Origin: Pocillopora damicornis
Taxonomy: Eukaryota
Length of the DNA: 64,000 nt
Assembly: GCF_003704095.1 (NCBI RefSeq)
Contig: NW_020846866.1
Location: 1 to 64,000 of the forward strand
Reading direction: 5' to 3'
The stretch's first letter is position 1. Each line of letters begins with the position of its first letter. The position numbers were made by a program, and so were the translations under genes. Of this stretch, positions 13,695 through 26,327 are shown one piece after another. The notes under the pieces were generated by a model. The model made no database searches and was not told where the DNA came from. It worked only from the letters and a program-made list of their open reading frames with translations.

Positions 13695-14533
13695 NNNNNN
13701 NNNNNNNNNNNNNNNNNNNNNNNNNNNNNNNNNNNNNNNNNNNNNNNNNNNNNNNNNNNNNNNNNNNNNNNNNNNNNNNNNNNNNNNNNNNNNNNNNNNN
13801 NNNNNNNNNNNNNNNNNNNNNNNNNNNNNNNNNNNNNNNNNNNNNNNNNNNNNNNNNNNNNNNNNNNNNNNNNNNNNNNNNNNNNNNNNNNNNNNNNNNN
13901 NNNNNNNNNNNNNNNNNNNNNNNNNNNNNNNNNNNNNNNNNNNNNNNNNNNNNNNNNNNNNNNNNNNNNNNNNNNNNNNNNNNNNNNNNNNNNNNNNNNN
14001 NNNNNNNNNNNNNNNNNNNNNNNNNNNNNNNNNNNNNNNNNNNNNNNNNNNNNNNNNNNNNNNNNNNNNNNNNNNNNNNNNNNNNNNNNNNNNNNNNNNN
14101 NNNNNNNNNNNNNNNNNNNNNNNNNNNNNNNNNNTTTAAGGCTCCACTGGATACTTATATACCATATCATTTCACATTACGTTTCTATGTGAGAGCACCG
14201 ATCGTAAGTAGACGAGTAGAATTTGACCGAATTAATTATTCACACCACACGTGATAACTGTAATTATAACATTATAATTAAATTAATAGTTTTATTTTGT
14301 ATCCCTCCATCCTTATGATTTTTGTCAGTTCCGCTTTAACGATGCTGCCTCTCTTTGCAGTAATCGGAGTTTTCAAATTTTCAACAGCAGTTTCTACCCC
14401 CACGTTATTATCTTGAGTCATCTCAGACTAACGCTAGCCTCGCTGTAAGCCAATTTTATGGAAAAAACGTACTTACCATACTTTGTAATATTTTTACTCT
14501 TAGTTTTATACTAGATAAGAAGCACATTGAAAC

Positions 14534-14993
14534 ATGGCAGAAAAAAAATCTGACCTGCTAGAGCAACGAAAGCAAGATCTCGTCAATGCGAAACTCGATG
14601 GCGACGCAAGGAAAGAAATGTTCGCTTACAAAAATCTTGGCGAAGCGTGTATGGAGGTTGATCATACTAAAAGAGCGATAGATAACTTCATACACAGTTT
14701 AAGGATTGCCCAACAAGAACACGACAGAGCTTACGAAGGCAAAGTGTCCTGCGATCTTGGAGATGCTTATTATGAACTCGAAGATTATAACTTTAACAAA
14801 TTCCTTATTATTTCAGAAGAACTTGGAGACAAAGATGGAGAGATATGTGTACACCGCTGCCTTAGCCGTTGTTATTCTACCTTAAGCGACCATAAACAAG
14901 CCGTAGAACACTTGATCCAATGCCTTATTATTTGCAAAGAAATTGGAGACAGAGATGGAGAGGGATTTACAAACTACGACATTGGCGAATGCT
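14534..14993 (+). CDS. 5' fragment of a TPR-CHAT (TTC28-like) paralog, truncated by an assembly gap
   Basis: The first ~80 aa are nearly identical to the ORF at 15613, and 14135-14533 duplicates 15205-15612. The following TPR units are diverged, with a 15-bp in-frame deletion (DYKQAVEHF to DYNF). Sequence stops at a 100-N gap; the ORF-track tail after the gap is upstream DNA of the next copy. Confidence 0.75.
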
Positions 14994-15612
14994 NNNNNNN
15001 NNNNNNNNNNNNNNNNNNNNNNNNNNNNNNNNNNNNNNNNNNNNNNNNNNNNNNNNNNNNNNNNNNNNNNNNNNNNNNNNNNNNNNNNNNNNNGGTAATA
15101 GGAGTTTCCAGTGAGGTTTTGAGCTACTGTAAAAATAAAAAAATGATGACAAAATATTAAAAAAAGGCTTCGAGCTTTCGATGATCCACGACATGAACAG
15201 GAAGCTCAAGGCTCCACTGGATACTTATATACCATATCATTTTACATTACGTTCCTATGTGAGGGCACCGGACATATGTATACGAGTAAAATTTGACAGA
15301 ACCGAATTAATTATTCACACCAAACGTGATAACATTATAATTGATAGTTTTATTTTTTATCCCTCCATCCTTATGATTTTTGTCAGTTCCGCTTTATTTC
15401 AGTATGCTGCCTCTCTTTGCAGTAAGCGGAGTTTTAAAATTTCAACAGCAGTTTCTACCCCCATGGTATTATCTTGAGTCATCTCAGACTAACGCTAGCC
15501 TTGCTGTAGGCCAATTTTATGGAAAAGTTGATATCTGTTCCAAAAACGTACTCACTGTACTTTGTCATATTTTTACTCTTAGTTTTATGCTGGATAAGAA
15601 GCACATTGAAAC

Positions 15613-18600
15613 ATGGCAGAAAAAAAGTCTGACCTGCTAGAGCAACGAAAGCAAGATCTCGTCAATGCGAAACTCGATGGCGACGCAAGGGAAGAAATGT
15701 TCGCTTACAAAAATCTTGGCGAAGCGTACAACGAGGTTGATGATACTAAAAGAGCGATAGAAAACTTTATACACAGTTTAAGGATTGCCCAACAAGAACA
15801 CGACAGAGCTTACGAAGGCGAAGTCTCGTGGGATCTTGGAGATGCTTACTATGCACTCAGTGATTATAAACAAGCCGTAGAACACCACAACGAGTACCTT
15901 GTTATCTCCAAAGAACTAGGAGACCAAGATGGAGAGATGCATGCAAACCATCACCTTGGCCGATGCTATCATGCACTCAGTGATTATAAACAAGCCGTAG
16001 AACACCACAACAACTACCTTGCTATCTCCAAAGAACTAGGAGACCTAGGTGGAGAGGGAAATGCAAACCACGACCTTGGCGAATGCCATTATGAACTCAG
16101 TGATTATAAACAAGCCGTAGAACACTTTAACGAGTACCTTGTTGTCTCCAAAGAACTAGGAGACCGAGGTGGAGAGGGACGTGCAAACCACGACCTTGGC
16201 CAATGCTATTATGAACTCAGTGATTATAAACAAGCCGTAAAACACTTTAACAAGTACCTTGTTATCTCCAAAGAACTAGGAGACCGAGGTGGAGAGGGAC
16301 GTGCAAACCATCACCTTGGCCGATGCTATCATGCATTCAGGGATTATAAACAAGCCGTAGAACACTTTAACAAGTACCTTGTTATCTCCAAAGAACTTGG
16401 AGACCGAGGTGGAGAGGGACGTGCAAACTACAGCCTTGGAAGATGCTATCACGCACTCAGTGATTACAAACAAGCCATCGAACACTTTTACAAATGCCTT
16501 ATTATCTTCCAAGAGTTGAGAGATAGAGCTGGAGAGAAAAATGCAAACCACGATCATGGCCACTTTTATCTGCCCATAGCTGATTGTAAAAAAGCCATGG
16601 CGCACCTCAACAAATTCCTTTTTATTTCCAAAGAACTAGGAGACCGAGGTGGAGAGGGACGTGCAAACCATCACCTTGGCCAATGCTATTATAAACTCAG
16701 TGACCATAAACAAGCCGTAGAACACTTTAACAAGTACCTTGTTATCTCCAAAGAACTAGGAGACCGAGATGGAGAGAGACATGCAAACGGCGACCTTGGC
16801 CGATACTATTATAAACTCAGTGATTATAAACAAGCCGTAGAACACTACAACAAGTACCTTGTTATCTCCAAAGAACTAGGAGACCGAGGTGGAGAGGGAC
16901 GTGCAAACCACGACATTGGCCAATGCTATCATGTACTCAGTGATTATAAACAAGCCGTAGAACACCACAAAAACTACCTTGCTATCTCCAAAGAACTAGG
17001 AGACCGAGGTGGAGAGGGACGTGCAAACCACGACCTTGGCGGATGCTATTATAAACTCAGTGATTATAAACAAGCCGTAGAACACTACAACAAGTACCTT
17101 GCTATCTCTAAAGAACTAGAAGACCGACATGGAGAGGGACGTGCAAACCACGTACTTGGCGGATGCTATTATAAACTCAGTGATTATAAACAAGCCGCAG
17201 AACACTTTAACAAGGACCTTGTTATCTCCAAAGAACTAGGAGACCGAAATAGAGAGGGAAATGCAAACCACGCCCTTGGCCAATGCTACCATGCACTCAG
17301 TGATTATAAACAAGCCGTAGAACACTTTAACAAGTACCTTGTTATCTCCAAAGAACTAGGAGACCGACATGGAGAGGAACATGCAAGCCATCACCTTGGC
17401 CGATACTATTATAAACTCAGTGATTATAAACAAGCCGTAGAACACTTTAACAAGGACCTTGTTATCTCTAAAGAACTAGAAGACCGAGATGGAGAGGGAC
17501 ATGCAAACCACGCCCTTGGCCAATGCTACCATGCACTCAGTGATTATAAACAAGCCGTAGAACACTTTAACAAGTACCTTGTTATCTCCAAAGAACTAGG
17601 AGACCGACATGGAGAGGGACATGCAAGCCATCACCTTGGCCGATACTATTATAAATTCAGTGATTATAAACAAGCCGTAGAACACCACAACAACTACCTT
17701 GTTATCTCTAAAGAATTAGGAGACCGATATGGAGAGGGAAGTGCAAACCACGACATTGGCCAATGCTATCATGCACTCAGTGATTATAAACAAGCCGTAG
17801 AACACCGCAACAAGTACCTTGCTATCTCTAAAGAACTAGAAGACCGAGATGGAGAGGGACATGCAAACCACGCCCTTGGCCATAGCTATTATAGACTCAG
17901 TGATTATAAACAAGCCATCGAACACTACAACAGGTACATTGTTATCTCAAAAGAACTTGGGGACAGAGTGGGAGAGGGACGGGCAAACCTTAAACTTGGA
18001 CATTTTTATTACGACCTCGGTGATTGTAAACAAGCCATAGAGTACATGGAGCAAAGTGTGATCATTGCCAAAAATACTGGGGATAAAGTTGCGGAGGGAA
18101 AAGCTAAAGGGTTCTTGGGCGAAATTTATCTACGTTATGTCAACGATTATGAAAAAGCAAGAGAGAACTTCATGCAACAACTTGACATCGCCAAAGACGT
18201 AGGGGACTGCGATGGTGAACTAAACGCTTACGAAAGCCTTGGGAGTGTTTATAACACCCTTGGTAAGTTCAGCACAGCCAAAGATTACTTTGACATAGAA
18301 CTTGCCATCGCTAAAGAAATCAAGAATAGGAAAGCAGAGGCACGATCCTATCTCGGTCTTGGCTCAGCTCATCTGCAGCGAAGAGATTTTAGGAAAGCCA
18401 TCGAATTCTTCGGCCAATTTCTTAGCATTGCTGAAGAAGAGAAGGTAGGAATGCCACAAAGTTGTGTCTACCACAGGTTGGGTGACGCCTATCTTGGACT
18501 CAATAATTTCAAGGAAGCTGCTAACTACGGTATGAAAAGTCTTGTCTTGGCAAAAGAAAAAGGAGGCCGAGGTTGCGAGAGAACAGCGAATTATATCCTT

Positions 18601-18980
18601 GGCCGTACTATGGAAAGGTTCAATTTCCTACATGAAGCTCTAGATCATTATCGGTCCGCTTTAAAGGCCGTAAATCATGAGAGGGACATTATGAAGGCTG
18701 AGGACGCTCACAAAATATGCTTCCGAAATTCTCGTCAGTTAACGTACGATGCCCTGTGCAGAACTTTGTTGAAACTTTCAAACTTAGGCGAGGCTTTGTG
18801 TGTCGTTGACCAAGGAAGAGCACAAGTCTTACTAGATTACATGAAGCAAAAATATCAGAAGGAATTTCCACCACCAAGGGCATCAGAACCCGACGTAGCA
18901 CCTTTGGTTTCCACACAAACAATTTACATTTCACTTGAAAAAGAGACGATTAATATGTGGCTGGTCAGTAACGGGAACGA
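15613..18980 (+). CDS. TPR-CHAT (TTC28-like) protein, copy A: TPR array plus pre-CHAT linker, uninterrupted, 3' end lost in a gap
   Basis: Uninterrupted 3.37-kb ORF from ATG 15613 with about 25 TPR units of 40 aa, followed by the [18 protein letters not shown] linker typical of TPR-CHAT proteins. Ends at the 100-N gap 18981-19080. Confidence 0.9.
15841..18000 (+). repeat. Coding tandem array of 18 x 120-bp units (40-aa TPR)
   Basis: Every second 60-bp line aligns exactly. Scaffold codons (agtgattataaacaagccgtagaacac; atctccaaagaactaggagac) are almost invariant. Units 6-7 (16441-16620) are more diverged. Confidence 0.97.
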
Positions 18981-19080
18981 NNNNNNNNNNNNNNNNNNNN
19001 NNNNNNNNNNNNNNNNNNNNNNNNNNNNNNNNNNNNNNNNNNNNNNNNNNNNNNNNNNNNNNNNNNNNNNNNNNNNNNNN

Positions 19081-21138
19081 AAACAAGCCGTAGAACACCA
19101 CAACAACTACCTTGCTATCTCCAAAGAACTAGGAAACCGAGATCGAGAGGGACATGCAAACCACGCCCTTGGCCATTTCTATGATAAATTCAGTGATTAT
19201 AAACAAGCCATCGAACACTACAACAAGTACCTTGTTATCTCAAAAGAACTTGGGGACAGAGTGGGAGAGGGAAAGGCAAACCTTGACCTTGGACATTGTT
19301 ATCGCGACCTCAGTGATTATAAACAAGCCATATGGTGCGCGGAGCAAAGTGTGATCATTGCCAAAAATACTGGGGATAAAGTTGCGGAAGGAAAAGCTAA
19401 AAAATTCTTGGGCGAAACTTATCGATTTTATGTCAACGATTATGAAAAAGCAACAGAGAACTTCATGCAACAACTCGACATCGCCAAACACGTAGGGGAC
19501 CGCGATGGTGAACAAGACGCTTACAGCAACCTTGGGTTGGTTCATAACATCCTTGGTAAGTTCAGCACAGCCAAAGGGTACTTTGACATTCAACTTTCCA
19601 TTGCTAAAGAAATCAAGAATAGGAAAGCAGAAGCAAGCTCCTATTTCGGTCTTGCCCGGGCTCATCTGCTGCGAAGAGATTTTATGAAAGCCATCGAATT
19701 ATTCGGCCAATTTCTTAGCATTGCTGAAGAAGAGGAGGTAGAAGAGCCAGAAGGATGTACCTACCACAATTTGGGTGAGGCCTATCTTGGACTCAATAAT
19801 TTCAAGGAAGCTGTTAACTACGGTATGAAAAGTCTTGCCTTTGCAAAAGAAAAAGGAAACAAATGTGGCGAGAGAGTGGCGAATTATATCCTTGGCCGTA
19901 CTATGGAAAGCTTCAATCTCCCACATGAAGCCTTGGATCATTATCGCTCCGCTTTAAAGCTCGTAAATGATGAGAGGGACATTATCAAGGCTGAAGATGC
20001 TCACAAAATATGCATACGAAATGCTCGTCAGATTGAGTACGATGCCCTGAGCAGAACTTTGCTGAAACTTTCAAACTTTGGCGAGGCTTTGTGTGTTGTT
20101 GATCAAGGAAGAGCACAGATCTTACTAGATTACATGAAGCAAAAATATCAGATGGAATTTCCTCCGCCCAGGACATCAGAACCTAACGTAGCACCTTTGG
20201 TTTCCACACAAACAATTTTCATTTCACTTGTAAAAGAGACGATTAATGTATGGCTGGTCAGTAACGGGAACGATGTTCAATTTCGACGAAAGGAAGCAAA
20301 ACACGATTACAAGTTCGGGAATGATCCCTGTCCCTGCTGTTTAAAATGTTTNNNNNNNNNNNNNNNNNNNNNNNNNNNNNNNNNNNNNNNNNNNNNNNNN
20401 NNNNNNNNNNNNNNNNNNNNNNNNNNNNNNNNNNNNNNNNNNNNNNNNNNNNNNNNNNNNNNNNNNNNNNNNNNNNNNNNNNNNNNNNNNNNNNNNNNNN
20501 NNNNNNNNNNNNNNNNNNNNNNNNNNNNNNNNNNNNNNNNNNNNNNNNNNNNNNNNNNNNNNNNNNNNNNNNNNNNNNNNNNNNNNNNNNNNNNNNNNNN
20601 NNNNNNNNNNNNNNNNNNNNNNNNNNNNNNNNNNNNNNNNNNNNNNNNNNNNNNNNNNNNNNNNNNNNNNNNNNNNNNNNNNNNNNNNNNNNNNNNNNNN
20701 NNNNNNNNNNNNNNNNNNNNNNNNNNNNNNNNNNNNNNNNNNNNNNNNNNNNNNNNNNNNCCTTGGTTTCAGCCATTGCCTCACGCTGAAAAGGAAGTGC
20801 AAATGATTGGAGAAATCATCAACGCCACACCACTCGTCGGAAAGGAAGCGACTAAAGACGAAGTACTGAAACGTATTGCTTCTGTCGCTTTGGTCCACAT
20901 CGCCACGCATGGAAGCGCGGAGACAGGTGACATTTGTTTGGCCCCAAATCCTTCAAGGAAGTACCGGAAACCGGAGAAGGAAGACTACCTGCTGAAAATG
21001 TCAGATATCAAAGCTCTGAAGCTTCGAGCAAGACTTGTCGTGCTTAGCTCTTGTCACAGTGGTCGAGGGGACGTTTCTGCCGAAGGCGTGGTTGGTATGG
21101 CATGGGCTCTCTTGGCTTCTGGTGCCCGCTCTGTTCTG
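19081..21138 (+). CDS. TPR-CHAT copy B fragment: C-terminal TPRs, linker and CHAT (caspase-HetF) protease core
   Basis: 19294-20273 is a diverged second version of 18001-18980. After a gap, 20761-21138 encodes PLPHAEKEV...EATKDEVL...LVHIATHG...[33 protein letters not shown], the CHAT motifs. Catalytic His is at 20908-20910 and Cys at 21052-21054. Confidence 0.85.
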
Positions 21139-21238
21139 NNNNNNNNNNNNNNNNNNNNNNNNNNNNNNNNNNNNNNNNNNNNNNNNNNNNNNNNNNNNNN
21201 NNNNNNNNNNNNNNNNNNNNNNNNNNNNNNNNNNNNNN

Positions 21239-22931
21239 TCTTCAAATTCAAGCGTAACGTCGTCACCAATAATCACAAATGGAGCCCAGTTCTTTGGAGC
21301 ACTAAACTTCTCAGATTCTCTTAGGCATTTCATAGCTTTATTGAGAGCCGTACTAGCATTGTCGCCATCCCTGAGATGTTTATAGAATGTTTTCATGAAC
21401 TCCATTGTAGCCTCGTCACCAATTGCCCAGAGTGTCGCCAGAACCGAGCGGACACCAGAAGCTAAGAGAGCCCATGCAATACTGACCACGCCTTCGGCAG
21501 AAACTTTCCCTCGACCACTGTGACAACAGCNNNNNNNNNNNNNNNNNNNNNNNNNNNNNNNNNNNNNNNNNNNNNNNNNNNNNNNNNNNNNNNNNNNNNN
21601 NNNNNNNNNNNNNNNNNNNNNNNNNNNNNNNNNNNNNNNNNNNNNNNNNNNNNNNNNNNNNNNNNNNNNNNNNNNNNNNNNNNNNNNNNNNNNNNNNNNN
21701 NNNNNNNNNNNNNNNNNNNNNNNNNNNNNNNNNNNNNNNNNNNNNNNNNNNNNNNNNNNNNNNNNNNNNNNNNNNNNNNNNNNNNNNNNNNNNNNNNNNN
21801 NNNNNNNNNNNNNNNNNNNNNNNNNNNNNNNNNNNNNNNNNNNNNNNNNNNNNNNNNNNNNNNNNNNNNNNNNNNNNNNNNNNNNNNNNNNNNNNNNNNN
21901 NNNNNNNNNNNNNNNNNNNNNNNNNNNNNNNNNNNNNNNNNNNNNNNNNNNNNNNNNNNNNNNNNNNNNNNNNNNNNNNNNNNNNNNNNNNNNNNNNNNN
22001 NNNNNNNNNNNNNNNNNNNNNNNNNNNNNNNNNNNNNNNNNNNNNNNNNNNNNNNNNNNNNNNNNNNNNNNNNNNNNNNNNNNNNNNNNNNNNNNNNNNN
22101 NNNNNNNNNNNNNNNNNNNNNNNNNNNNNNNNNNNNNNNNNNNNNNNNNNNNNNNNNNNNNNNNNNNNNNNNNNNNNNNNNNNNNNNNNNNNNNNNNNNN
22201 NNNNNNNNNNNACAACAGCCGCAAGGAATTCCTCTGACTTTGTGGTGACTTCAACATTTCGTGACGAGTTTCTTTGTCCAGTGGCGATTCCTCTCTAGGC
22301 ACATCCAGACGAAAGCTGTCCTTGGACAGTAACGCTGACATTTCATGACAAGAGTCTTCGTCTTGCTCCCACAGATCNNNNNNNNNNNNNNNNNNNNNNN
22401 NNNNNNNNNNNNNNNNNNNNNNNNNNNNNNNNNNNNNNNNNNNNNNNNNNNNNNNNNNNNNNNNNNNNNNNNNNNNNNNNNNNNNNNNNNNNNNNNNNNN
22501 NNNNNNNNNNNNNNNNNNNNNNNNNNNNNNNNNNNNNNNNNNNNNNNNNNNNNNNNNNNNNNNNNNNNNNNNNNNNNNNNNNNNNNNNNNNNNNNNNNNN
22601 NNNNNNNNNNNNNNNNNNNNNNNNNNNNNNNNNNNNNNNNNNNNNNNNNNNNNNNNNNNNNNNNNNNNNNNNNNNNNNNNNNNNNNNNNNNNNNNNTAAG
22701 ACTTGTGCTCTTCCTTGATCAAGAACACACAAAGCCTCGCCAAAGTTTGAAAGTTTTAGCAAAGTTCTGCACAGGGAATCATACACACACTGTCGAGCAT
22801 TTCGGAAGCATATTTTGTGAGCATCTTCAACCTTGATAATGTCCCTCGCATCATTTATGATCTTTACAGCGGACCGCTGATGATCCAGAGCTTCATGTAG
22901 GAAACCTAAGTCTTCCATAGTATGGCCAAGG
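21239..22931 (-). CDS. TPR-CHAT copy C fragments, inverted: linker and CHAT C-terminus
   Basis: 22697-22931 is a third version of the linker ([20 protein letters not shown]...[14 protein letters not shown]). 22212-22377 reads DLWEQ...NSLRLL. 21239-21530 reads [49 protein letters not shown]...[16 protein letters not shown]. The pieces are separated by N-gaps. Confidence 0.85.
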
Positions 22932-24294
22932 NNNNNNNNNNNNNNNNNNNNNNNNNNNNNNNNNNNNNNNNNNNNNNNNNNNNNNNNNNNNNNNNNNNNN
23001 NNNNNNNNNNNNNNNNNNNNNNNNNNNNNNNTGGATTGACTTTTCTATGTAGACAAGTTCAAGGCGCTGGTTTAGAGCGCAATTTGCGATCCTTGTACAA
23101 TTTTATTCTGTGATTTTTTTCAAACAAGTATGTCGTGAAAATCCCTAGTATCAAGATGAGCTTTTAGTACCTGAACATTTTAATTTTCGAGTTGAACACC
23201 AGTGATTGCGTAGCAAAAAGGTGAACATTGATACAACTAGTTGATGTAGCTTCAAAAAAAAAGTAGTAGTAGTAGCGAAAAAACGGCGCTCAAAAGCAAA
23301 CCTTTCGGTACCTTTTGCTTGTTGTAAATGAGGATAAAAATATTTTGGTCAAATGTTTCTTGCGCATCATAATTAAGTTCCCTCGTAGTTCGAGTTTGCA
23401 TGAATGTACGATAATGAGTTTGAAACAAAGGAAAATAAACAATTTTGTAAAAGAAAAAACTGCCATTAAGTTGTTCTGATGGGAAATTCTCAGCTAAAAA
23501 TCTCAAATGGTCATGCAGTGTTTCTGAAAAAAATAAAGAACTAATTCACGGAAACTGTTAAAAATTGAAGGATGACTAAAACAAGTAAACTGCGATGGCA
23601 TAAAATTTAATGGATCTCTTGGTTAAAAGGAATTAAACGAGAGATGATCCAGCTTGTAAATCCTGCCTTGAGTGTCTGAGTTCTCAGTTTCTCGTCGATG
23701 TAAATCTTTTCCATCCTTAGCTTAGCCCTTTACGACAAATAGGAACTTTTAAAATGTAAAACTCACCCAACCACAAGAAACCGGAATATTTTATTATGCT
23801 TAAAATAAAAAATTTTTTGCAAAGTCATACAAGCTACGGTTACTGTACAAATTCTATAAAAGATGTTTATTGTCTCCTTCGAAGTAGAAGAAGAATTCCA
23901 AACAGGAGGGCAAGTCCTGTCATTGCATAAATATCCCAGTCATCGCCAATAAATTTGGTAAACTTTGACAAGTTCAATGATCCGTAATTCTAAAAAAAAA
24001 ATCGATAGAAAGGGAAAACTATGGAAAGAGACTTTCATTTGAAGATCTGAAAGATTAGTCTGGGCCAGTCGATCACGATCTCTTCGTAATAATGGTTGGC
24101 TGTGCCAGGCTCTCTTGGTCAGAGGAGACAAGCAATGTAGCAGGGGAATAACGCTTGACGGTTGTCATGGGAAACAAAAGCGAAAACTTGAGTCCACTTT
24201 AACTATCCTATTTTTCCTCTCGACATTCCGTCCACTTTCCGCCCGTTTTAGGGCTATTCTGTGATCTTTTGAACGATGTATATAAACACCTCTA

Positions 24295-24657
<363 letters not shown>

Positions 24658-25096
24658 TTACATACCTTTTCAATCTTTAAATTTCCAGTAGTGAGTAACA
24701 TAAAGTGGTCTGAATTTCATTGTATGGTGGGTTTAAATTAACCTCAGGCAGAGCATAAATTTTAACAAACTGGAAGCTTATTGGCTCAAGTTTTGAAGAT
24801 TTGGGTTCAAACCCAAACTTGTAAAGTTACAGGAATTTTGGATGCTTCTCATGAACTTCAGCTGTATGCTTAAGAGATGGGTTTTGAAATAATGTAACCT
24901 TCATTAAATCAGGATATTTCTTGCTCTTCTGCTCTGGGAAGAATCATTCTCTACAACCTTCCATGACCAACATTCAATTTTCATGTCACTTTAAGTGTTC
25001 CATCAGAAATAACGTTGCTTTACCTGTCTCATGCCCAGTTCTCTCTTGTGCATGTAGCCCAGATTAAACATTACCTATGCACTATGTTGCTGTTCA

Positions 25097-26327
<1,231 letters not shown>

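Noticed and set aside
82-14192. Many long ORFs made mostly of X
   Set aside because: Artefacts of N-runs lacking stop codons; the flanks show no recognisable protein apart from the SAM-like exon.
15841-18000. CRISPR-like or non-coding satellite reading of the 120-bp array
   Set aside because: No repeat-spacer structure or cas genes; the units are in-frame TPR coding sequence in a eukaryotic locus.
16276-20176. Antisense and alternative-frame ORFs over the TPR genes (likewise over aftiphilin, NUDT22, START and phnW)
   Set aside because: Shadows of the real coding frames with no independent motifs.
15613-21324. Single 1903-aa protein in the ORF track
   Set aside because: It reads through three N-gaps. 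19081 onward repeats the region already encoded at ~17790-18980 (another copy), and the tail after 21238 is the antisense strand of copy C.
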